Assembly (NCBI RefSeq): GCF_964355755.1
Contig: NC_092671.1
Span: forward strand, 16,740,001 to 16,804,000
Direction of reading: 5' to 3'
Source: Antedon mediterranea
Taxonomy: Eukaryota; Animalia; Echinodermata
Length of the DNA: 64,000 bases
In this document: piece by piece, positions 52,154-61,750 of the stretch
How the letters are laid out: every line of letters begins with the position of its first letter
How positions within the stretch are numbered: the first letter of the stretch is position 1
Program-made: the position numbers and the translations under genes
The notes under the pieces: model-generated
What the model was told of the DNA's origin: nothing
Seen by the model: the letters and a program-made list of their open reading frames with translations, nothing else
The model's database searches: none

Positions 52154-52704
52154 AACATAACGCATGTATCCTACACCTAAGTTATCTTGTTTCATTATTG
52201 ACGGTTGCACAAATTCGGCCAACGTTTAAACAAATGTATGACACGCCACCGATGTATTTTGAATACATTAAATACATAATGCATAAATGAAAACATTCTC
52301 AACCTTGTATGATCATTCAATTTTAAAGCTACGAAAGAAATGTTAAACGTTTAAATACGTTATTACAGATTTTTAAAATGTTATTGATCAATTAATGTCA
52401 GACGAAATTATTGTATGTAAATAGACAATACTGTACTATTCAAGTTTCATTAAAACAAGTTTTGAAAAAAAATGTTTGAATGGATTGAGATCTGTATTTA
52501 TTCTAAATGTAGGAAATGTAGGGAATGAGCGAGTGTACATTAGGTGGTCAGTGTACTACGATGATGTCATATCAGTACCCTATTTGGCATATCACTACCA
52601 TATTTGAGTCACATCACACTTTTTTGTCAAACTAGTTTGATAGTGTAGACAGAGATTTATCATGGAGTAATTCTCCATGGCTTTAGCCTCCATCCTTGGT
52701 ATTT

Positions 52705-52800
52705 TTTCAACCAGGTATTCATTTACATCTGAGTGCACTGGGAATTGAACCTAGGTCATTCTGAATGACAGTAAAGTATCCTAACCACATGGCTACCGTA
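52705..52800 (-). mobile_element. tRNA-derived SINE fragment
   Basis: Minus strand GGTAGCCATGTGGTTAG (A-box), GGTTCAATTCC (B-box), then CACTCAGATGTAAATGAATACC. Confidence 0.6.
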
Positions 52801-52980
52801 TAATGAAATACAAAATACATTTTTTAAATGCAATATATCTAGACGAATTATTACATCACCACATGGCCACCGTATTAATGAAATAGAAAATACATTTTTT
52901 AAATGCAATATATCTAGACGAATTATTACATCACCATATGGCCACCGTATTAATGAAATAGAAAATACATTTTTTTTAAA
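52785..52980. repeat. About 75-bp tandem repeat, about 2.6 copies
   Basis: ACCACATGGC.ACCGTAT.AATGAAATA.AAAATACATTTTTTAAATGCAATATATCTAGACGAATTATTACATC repeated. Confidence 0.88.
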
Positions 52981-53935
52981 TATGATATAGGCTATCTAGA
53001 TAAACTATTAGTAAATGACCACACACACAATACATTCACATTGTACATATCCTCAGACTTGATTTATTTTAACGGAAACATACAATAAATATTATAATTT
53101 TGAACCTGCTATCATCTGTTTAAAAGGAACTGAAAAATTCCCACATGATTTAACACTGACATTTTCAATTAAATAAAACATCAATTTAAATTTATTTGAC
53201 TGCAATCATTTTTTTTTATCTTTTGTGTTGACTATAATAATCGTATAATTTGTTTCCAAGAAAAGTACTCCACATGATCAGTGTATTCTCCTCAAAACAA
53301 TAAAATAATCAACATTTGAACACTGGGTGTCAAAGATAAAGTCAATTAAAAATTAACTATTAAAGATATATTGTCCCCCTGATTTACATGAAAAAACTGC
53401 AATTTAAAGCAAAAACAGTCAGATTATCAGTCACACAATGGTTTTAGTTAAGTTTAACTGTTTATTTTGTCAAATGTGAAATCCTTATTTTTGTTCAGGT
53501 TTTTTTTCTATGGAACAATTCAAAGTCTGATTTAATTAAGCTTCATTTAGACAATACATTTTTTAACAGTTTTATTAATTAGCGGAAAATCAGTTTTGTA
53601 GCGCAAAAACCAACAGTTTGGAAGCGCTACACATTTCTAGCAATATAAATGGACCAAGTTGATGTAATTTTCAGAAACATGGCGACAAAATCTTATTATT
53701 CCATAAACAATTTCTTATTTTATTTATTTATTTATTTTATTTTATTCAGTTGTCAACCAACAGCGATGAAACCGCCACTAACAGGTTGAATTCTATTATA
53801 TAGATTACAAACCACTAAACCAACAAATTAAGGACAATTAAATAAATAAATTAAGTACCCAAAAAAATAAGATAAATCCATAAAAAAATACTTAATTTTG
53901 TGCGTGTCATCAATGGTAGTTCTAGCTTATCATTG

Positions 53936-54120
53936 GGGAGCTTTCGATTTACAACAATTACCTAATAAGGTAAGGTCAAATGATGTGTCATCGCTCATCA
54001 TGTGGACTTAGAAACCATCAATACTGTATTGATATGGGTAGCATGGAAACGCATCAATACAATATAGGCTCCACAGTGAATAACATGACATACTTTGGCC
54101 ATTGAAAATTAAAAGCTCCC
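53936..54120. mobile_element. Harbinger-like MITE just downstream of the CPS stop codon (probable 3' UTR)
   Basis: Inverted ends GGGAGCTTT / AAAGCTCCC; related copy at 34165-34325. Confidence 0.6.
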
Positions 54121-54252
54121 TAGTATACCACATTCAGATCATCAAATGTATATATCTTCTACATTTCTGGAATACAGTCTACCATTAATTTAACATCCAA
54201 TCCTCATTATTAGATGGATGTGATATCAAGAAAATACTGGTGAAGCATTAAA

Positions 54253-54360
54253 TTAAAGCTTTTGTTCAAATTGCTCCGAGTGTGACTTTTTAAAGTGGAA
54301 GAGTGTTGTTGCATCTATGTCCTTAATGTGTCCCAATGCCTCTGCAAATAACTTGACAAC
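54253..54360 (-). CDS. CPS1: Carbamoyl-phosphate synthetase I/III, terminal coding exon: VVKLFAEALGHIKDIDATTLFHFKKSHSEQFEQKL*
   Basis: attttacag acceptor, phase 0, TAA at 54253-54255; resembles the vertebrate CPS1 C-terminus as I recall it (VTKLFAEAV...D..SLFHY). Confidence 0.92.
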   Translation of the reverse strand, partial: VVKLFAEALGHIKDIDATTLFHFKKSHSEQFEQKL

Positions 54361-54505
54361 CTGTAAAATATTAAAATATTTGTTGCTCAATAGTATAATA
54401 TAATCATGTAATAATAATAATAATAATAATGCATATAATAATATAGTTATTCTCATCAACTTTTAATTACTGTATTATTATGTTACCTTAACTATTTCAA
54501 TTGAA

Positions 54506-54652
54506 CAATTGAAAACCAAGAAAGACATCAAACAACTTAAAAAACTAGCCAATGAAAGATCAGATTGGAAGAAACTGGTAAAAGAGATTTACGGAGCAGC
54601 CCAAGCGGAAATGTCGGCAGACTTTTCAGCGGAGAGGCAGTAATCATCATCA
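54506..54652 (+). mobile_element. 3' end of an RTE-clade LINE in the last CPS intron
   Basis: Frame QLKTKKDIKQLKKLANERSDWKKLVKEIYGAAQAEMSADFSAERQ* (LA..R..W..LV motif), stop at 54641-54643, then a short ATC-repeat tail. Confidence 0.7.
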
Positions 54653-54849
54653 ACTATTTCAATTTGTATATTTATTATATTATGTACTTATGTTATGATA
54701 ATAAATATTTTTTACATGATTTGTTTGATATCTGCTTGATGCATGTAGTTGTCTATATTTCACACTATTATATTGATGCTTTTATTCTTATTGATGCTTT
54801 TTACTATATTTTCATATAGAAGAATAAAATAAACTTGAGTGAGTGAGTG

Positions 54850-55120
54850 AGTGGCCGAGTGGTTTAGACATGGAACCGTAATCCATAGCCTTATTTGCAA
54901 AGGGTTGATGCTCACTCGCTCCATGGTTCTGAAGATCCAGTGAAACTTGAGTAGGGGTTACCGCAATGTACTAGCTCACATTGCCACCGTCGGACAGACG
55001 AAATAGCGCCATAGTTGACATGACGTGACCACTAGGCAGAACCATGTTGTTGAAAAGTGTAACATCTATAACTCCATAGCGCACTTAGGTAACATTTTTG
55101 TGGAATGAGCTATAAATATA
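54850..55120 (+). mobile_element. tRNA-derived SINE with partial Deu/Nin core and LINE-like tail
   Basis: A-box GTGGCCGAGTGG, CTCGCTCC, GAGTAGGGGTTACC core fragment, 3' AGCGCACTTAGG...GAGCTATAAAT. Confidence 0.7.
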
Positions 55121-55244
55121 TTAAGAATCATTAACATTTATAATATGGCGTGCAGAGCAAAACTTTCATTCATTCATTGCATGTATACTATACTGTACAT
55201 TTTGTACAGTAAACTGCAACTACATTTTATGAGATACACTCATT

Positions 55245-55475
55245 GGCCCTGTTTCTGCTGCCAAGTAAATACCGTATTTACTACGGTATTTTTTTAATAC
55301 CGTATATAGTATATTTTTGGAAGCGGAAATGGTGCTCATAAAAAATTTACCGTATTTTGTATATCAAATTTTCCCCACCAAAATTGTGGATAAAATACGG
55401 TATTTGTAAATTTATACCGTATTTTGGGTACCCCTTTCTGCTGCCAATAAAAATACCGTATATTTTGATTTTCTG
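55245..55475. mobile_element. Truncated Harbinger-like element related to those at 9332 and 44571
   Basis: Left end GGCCCTGTTTCTGCTG, several AATACCGTAT/ATACGGTATT motifs, ends at TATTTTGATTTT without the right TIR. Confidence 0.7.
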
Positions 55476-57565
55476 TAAGCTTTATACACATGGATGGATA
55501 ATCTATAGTCAACGAAAGTAAGGAACACCACCACAACATGCAAATAATTGAAAGGCAGGTTGGGTAAAAAGATATAATACTCTTGACATGTGCATATCAT
55601 ATTTTGGACTACAATCTTAAAACGGTAATCTCATCTTACATTATCTCTGTGATACTTGACTGACGTCAAGTATTTGTTTATATTTTTTATAATTTTATAT
55701 TTTTAATTTATGAGGATATTGGGTTTTCTAGAAATCAAATTCCTTTTAATAATAGAGCTTATTTCTCCATGTTGTAATATAAATGATGATGATGATTATA
55801 TTAAGCTGTATGTTTGTTATCCTAAACCATTGCTTAAATCATATTTTCCAATAAAAAAAACGTTGGTGTCAATTATGTACATTAAAACAGTCAATGTTCA
55901 CCATTACTTCATGTAATAAGAAGATGCTGTTGTCACGTTTTATGGCACCGAAGAAAAATTGATGGCTTGTTTTCAACAATTGTACATATAAATCAATAAT
56001 TTAAATCAAAATCAATAATTTAAATCAAAATCAATCATTTAAAGCAAATATATGTTTGGTTAACCATTGACAGAAAAAAAAATCTTCATGCTTAAAAGTA
56101 GAAAGTCTTCGTTCGTATTGTTGGACAGAGAAAAGCTTATTTTACTTTGCAAGACAATTTGTTAGAAAAAATATATAGATTAAATAACATTATATATATA
56201 TAGGCCTACACATCTGTATACTATATTATTCAAATACATTTTTAAATAAATTCATTTATAACAAAGGACATTTTTTAAATTGCATGTTATCAATTACTGA
56301 AAATATAAATAAAAGAAATAATATACCATAATCTATAAAAGCTGGAGTAATATTTCTCATTGCGGAAATATGTATTCATAAAAGCTTTGCTTAATAAACT
56401 ATAATGGCCAGAGCATTGCATGGGGCCTAAATTGACATAGATGAATGAAAAGTGAAGGCTGTAAGAGATGTAAAAATATTGTAAAATTTCAATAGCTTTG
56501 GCAACCCTTCCAAGAACTCTTACTCCCCTCAGACCTAGGTTATTGAATACCAAATAAAATTGATTTTTATGAAAGTGTGAATTGTCGTGGGAGCAGTGGT
56601 TTGGTAGCATGGCAATCAAATAAACCTGCCACCTAGGGGCACCTCAAAAGTTAAGTGACATCTCAATTAAATCTTCTAAAAATACACCTGAAATACAAAT
56701 ATTTAATTTCCCGTTTTTCTTTCTTTTATTTTCTTGTTTTGTACAAACTATTGTAATGATATTATAGTCACTCACAAAACGAAGACTTGTATGGTCATTA
56801 TAATGCATGTTATAAAACATGAAATGCAGACACGGACAGTAGTTTACACATGTACAGTATAGTGGTTTATACTTTACAGGATTTTGGACATGTATGTGTA
56901 TATGAAGATGGTTTCATAGTAGACCCACACTCTACAAGGGTTGGGCAATCAAGAAAATGGGCAAAGATAGCTGGGTTAAAAGAAGTGGAGGCAACGTTTA
57001 GGGAAAAAGATAATTAAAATAGCGTCGCTATTTGATTTCACACAGATTTTTCTTTTCGTACTATTACACGATCATTAAATAGAATGTACTATTGCATGTC
57101 AGGTGACCCACAACTGTCCAATCAAATGACAGGAATTTATTTAGACGTTAATAATTCTAGTTATTCCTCAGATAATGGATTCTAGTGAATGGCAAATTAA
57201 GCAAGTTTGACATTTCTTGAGGGAACAATAACCATTCATGTTAAAACCTTTCAGTAGGAATGTTCAAGTGAATGTCTAAGAACATAACCTTTTTTTTTTT
57301 TAAATAATAGTTTTGCTGATTCGTATTTATTTAACAGCTGCAATTATGAATTGAAATAAGTTTTCTTAAATGATTGACAAGTAAATAGACCCAAAAAGAT
57401 AAGATGCCAATATGCACCTGATCATTAATCATAAACATATGGTTTTTCAAGAGTGTTTATGATGTCTCTTTACCTAGTTTGCCTCAGTGCATATACAACA
57501 TTCAAAAACACTTGAAACTTGATAGGTTGCCAGAAAGAATTTCTTAATTTTCACTTGTAATATAA

Positions 57566-57637
57566 GGGCCTGTTCAGACCTACAGAGTCATGCTTTCATA
57601 TTGTACGCGACGTACAACTCCATAGGTCTGAACCACC
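57566..57637. mobile_element. Small Harbinger-like inverted-repeat remnant
   Basis: TAA|GGGCCTGTTCAGACCTA pairs with TAGGTCTGAACC. Confidence 0.45.
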
Positions 57638-58071
57638 AAAAAATTAGTGGAAGCCACCTCGTACGACACTGATCTTTCGTTCGTTACAACAGCTCGAGGT
57701 ATAGGATTAGTGGACAACAATTACGAAACAAAAGTCATGCATCAATGATTTTGACCTCTAACCAATCAAAATTACTCCTGCATACCAGATGTTCACCCAA
57801 ATCGTTGACACTTCAGTTTTAAACGAAAGCGTTAGGTAGGCAAATCTGAACACTTTTCTGTTAAAGTAATTATAATAAATATAACATTGCTTGCGATACG
57901 AAAGCATACTTCCATGGATCTGAACATACCCTAAGTTTATCAAATACATTTAAACTTTGTTCTAATAAAGGATGAGATTTAGAACCAGATGTGAATTTAC
58001 ATATCATTGTTGTTAGCTAGTTAACTTTCGCATGGGCTCGTCATACAATTTTAAGCATGTATTATCCTAAT

Positions 58072-58209
58072 CAGTGGCGTAACAGAGAGAGAACAGACCA
58101 CTGGTTTAGCACTCCTAAGGGGTCCACCAACACTGGGTAGATTTATTGGGGCTGCTTATGCCTGGGCCCTGGATTTAGTCAGTGAGTGCTCCTAGCTGTT
58201 ATGCCACTT
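58072..58209. mobile_element. Short MITE with CAGTGGCGTAAC-type ends
   Basis: CAGTGGCGTAACAG pairs with CTGTTATGCCACT; GC-richer interior. Confidence 0.55.
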
Positions 58210-58601
58210 CTCCAGGTTGCGGTGTAAAATGCTGTCTAAATTGGGCTTGCAATTTAATCTGAAATGTTTATCGCTGCCTAAGCAGAAAAATATGACTGGA
58301 GTGAAGGTGAATATGTTGAGAGAAAGGCACAACAACAGGTGTATCGTTCTTTTTCCTTCCTGCCAAATATCGTTTATAAGTGCAAACATATTGATTTTTT
58401 TTTTCAGTAACCACCACGGCAACTTAAAATTGATTTTCTTTCAAAATGATTCAAATCTCATAATATGACATTATTTCACAATGATTAGAAAACACAATGC
58501 ACTATATTTACCATTCATGGTAGGATGAAAAATCAAACTTAATGGTGTGACATAATTATAAAATAATAATAAAAAAAAAACAATTTTAAGCATCATATTA
58601 C

Positions 58602-58731
58602 CTCAAAGTTGGTCATCAATGGTGTTCCTGTATCGATAGCTGTTCGACGAATTAAATAGTTATCATAAAGAAATTGTGTGTTATGATTTGGTAGATTAAT
58701 AACTAGATCGATCTGCCCATCCATAATCAAC
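58602..58731 (-). CDS. CPS1: Carbamoyl-phosphate synthetase I/III, penultimate exon (allosteric MGS-like domain): [43 protein letters not shown]
   Basis: ttttaatag acceptor, gtaata donor, 130 nt, phase 2 to 0; close to the vertebrate CPS1 segment [37 protein letters not shown]. Absent from the ORF track. Upstream exons not found in this window. Confidence 0.95.
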
Positions 58732-59675
58732 CTATTAAAAAGAGAATAATCAAATAAATTAACACAACATTATTATTAATAACAAGTGTGACACAACATA
58801 GCACATGGCATAATGCATTTTTATTAATATTCATAATAGTATTTTATTTTTAAGAAAAACAAATAGCCTAAAACATAGCAGGCTGAATACTGAATTACAA
58901 ATAATATTTACAATATATCAGCTTGAACATATAGTAGCATATTTAAAAGAGCTATCATAATCAATTTATTTACAATAAGAAATAACGAATGATTACCCAT
59001 AAGTACCCCAAACCACAAATTTGTTTGCGTTTTGATAATCAAACTCATAATTGTTTATTCTGTAAATTAGTCTTGGCTGCCCCTCATCGTGAAGTTACAT
59101 TATTATAATAAGTTAACCTTAACACATGTTCAGAATTATCAAAAAATCATATTTAAATTTTTATTTAAATAATAGACTATAACAGTAATTGACATTGATG
59201 TATACGTAGTACAGTAGCAAGATTGAAGGAACACAAGAAACCTCAAACTTTATTCTTGTGAGTTTAATAATTGAAAAATTGAAGATCATTAAAGCGTCAT
59301 CTAGTCTACTCCTTAAGGTGTGTTTATCATAGTATTCCAGTTATATTTGCAATATGTGAAACCAGTCTTCCGAGAATTGGCATGGACCCAAACATAGCCT
59401 GTATGGTTAATGAACTGTCGGTATGTTTCGCCCCTTGGCTTCGTAGCCTAGCATTCCTTTAATAAGGTCAAGCTTAAAAAACCTGATTTTAGAATTCATT
59501 TCTGTCAAAATCAATTGATACCAAACATTATCTGCCGACACATTTGGTGTCATTTCAGAACTTAATATTTTAATCCCATAAATTATCACGTCTTGTTTTT
59601 CTACATCACAATGGTGTCTAATTTCATTTTCAGCTTCATTATTAACTTATCATCTACTTTCTATGATTTCTAGTA

Positions 59676-59762
59676 CAGTAGAACACCTATTAAGGGGACA
59701 ACTTTGGGACCAAAAAAGTGTCCCCTTAATAGTGGTGTCCATTAAATAGAGGTGTCCCACTG
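59676..59762. mobile_element. 87-bp TA-CAGT (Tigger/pogo-like) MITE
   Basis: TA|CAGTAGAACACCT ... AGGTGTCCCACTG|TA; internal inverted pair CTATTAAGGGGACA / TGTCCCCTTAATAG. Confidence 0.85.
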
Positions 59763-61429
59763 TATTTATATTATAAGAGACAGAGACAATTTTTGTATCT
59801 GAAAACTGCTCTGGATGGAGTAGGGGAGGAGGTTCTGCTCTGGTGTGGATATCATTTCTAGTAAAAAATAGATTAATAAACAATATAAGTATCAAAAAGT
59901 ATCAAAAGGAAATTTTCTCAACAATTCAATCTTTTTATCTTAGTTTCTTCATATACAAGTCTAAAAAAATACCTAATCATCCAAAAAATATATAAGCGGA
60001 TAAAAAAAAGCTGAAAATAAAATAAAAGATAAATTTATACCGGATTAACTTCTACAATCATTGATTTATTTTCAATTCATAAATAGGGAAAACTGAAAGT
60101 AACTATTTTCACGTTCTAGGTCATGTTATAAAATGAAGGAGAGGCACGCTATAGGTGAATATAAAATTTACAACATGAAAACCTTACAAACATAATAATG
60201 TTAACCATAAATTCTAAGAGGAAAAGATTTTTGCCGGACAGGTGCAATGCCAATCAATTGGTATCAAAATGTTCAGGGATTTGATTTCACATGCTGAAGA
60301 ATTATCAACATTACTTTTTGTATCGTAGAATACATTTAACAGCTTTTACTCCAGAGGGCGCTTCTGTAAATACTTCAAAACTTTTCTAAAAGTTTTGCTA
60401 CTTTTTCAGCATTCAATACATGACAGAGAGGAATCAGTATGTCTCGTAAACTAACGATGATTAGATAGTTTATATTATTGTTATTAAGTAAATTAAAGAC
60501 ACTAGACTAACAATTTTTGATGTTTTGTACAAACAATGCATATACTGTATATTACTTTAAGAACATTAAACCAGTTCATTCCTTATCATAAATGTACGTT
60601 TTATGGTTGATTATGAAAAAAAGAGACACAATGCAAATACCTAAGTAGCTCGCGTCGAATGTCCTCTCGTGAATGATCTTAGGTCTATCTTAGCTAGGCT
60701 TAGTTGTGTAGTTGTGAACATATTAAAAAAAAAGATTTTTTGATTATAGAAAGATTGATAAACAATTCAAAGATTCACACAAAATAAACATTTTTTAATG
60801 TTTATTTTTAAAAATGCCCAAAAGAATGATTCATTGTTTTATATTGGTTGGAAATGTTCAATAAAATTGATTGTTTCTATATGAAAAATGTTTGTAAAAG
60901 TTATGAATATGAATACTATTAAAATCAGATTTAAAGCTTATATACATTGATAAACGATTCACTAATTCACACAGAAAAACACTTACAGTATAATTAAACA
61001 TTGGTTGGAATTGTTTAATAAAAATGAAACTTCTTAAGATCTGTGTATATGTGATGGATAATGTTATTCTAGACTTAGTTACTGTATTTTAAACTGTCTT
61101 ATAAATGTATAACAAAAACTCCCTTTAGCAAGGTAAACAGGGCAATGTTTCTTGAAACCACTTTCCAGCACGATCTCTTCATTAGCTAGTGGTTCAGGGC
61201 CTGCAGGTTAAACACATTGGGCTTAAGATACCAATCTCGATTTGAAAGAAGAATGTATCCTTTTCAAGGTGAAACATTTTCTTAGAAATCCAGCATTGAT
61301 AAAATATGAATTCCAGTGTCTAGCCCTAAAGTCATTCCATAGAAATCCCTCGCTTATTGGGAGTTGCCACCTGGATTTTAAACCCAGAGTGTCTTAGATT
61401 CATTGGTGTTCGTAAATAATATTTTTACT

Positions 61430-61750
61430 TTATTTTATGTATTTAGGCACATATGGCCAAGGATAACCAATAGTAACTTAATCACTGTCCTATCAGATAG
61501 GTGGTAATCCCCCTAGCTATTTTGTGAACTAGTTTACCGGGGTAACCTCCTACTTATCGCGAATGATGAACTGGGTTCTTTAAAGAGCACACAGGTAAAC
61601 TGTGTACACTGGACCTACGGTTTATAGTCCTTATCCGAGAAGACTTGTTCCACCACCAGAAGGAGCGAGTCTGCCTCGAACCCATGCCAATATTATACTA
61701 GGCGCTTTAGGTATGGTAAACATCATTCCTGCCTTAACCACTCAGCCATT
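61430..61750 (-). mobile_element. Near full-length tRNA-derived SINE with Deu/Nin core domain
   Basis: Minus strand: A-box TGGCTGAGTGG, B-box-like GGTTCGAGGC, then GTCTTCTCGGATAAGGACTATAAACCGTAGGTCC...TTAAAGAACCCA...AGTAGGAGGTTACCCCGGT, matching the Deu/Nin domain as I recall it. Confidence 0.8.

Noticed and set aside
56626-56687. In-frame TGA read as selenocysteine (LNF-U-GAPRWQ)
   Set aside because: That frame is incompatible with the flanking CPS exons, which join directly in phase 0; no SECIS recognised.
59407-61400. Short minus-strand ORFs as further CPS exons
   Set aside because: None resembles the expected preceding CPS segment (LFAT..T..WL....V....VAWP); that exon probably lies beyond 64000.
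9005-61750. tRNA genes suggested by A/B boxes at about 9046, 43540, 52745, 54852 and 61680
   Set aside because: No complete cloverleaf; the boxes are followed by SINE body sequence.
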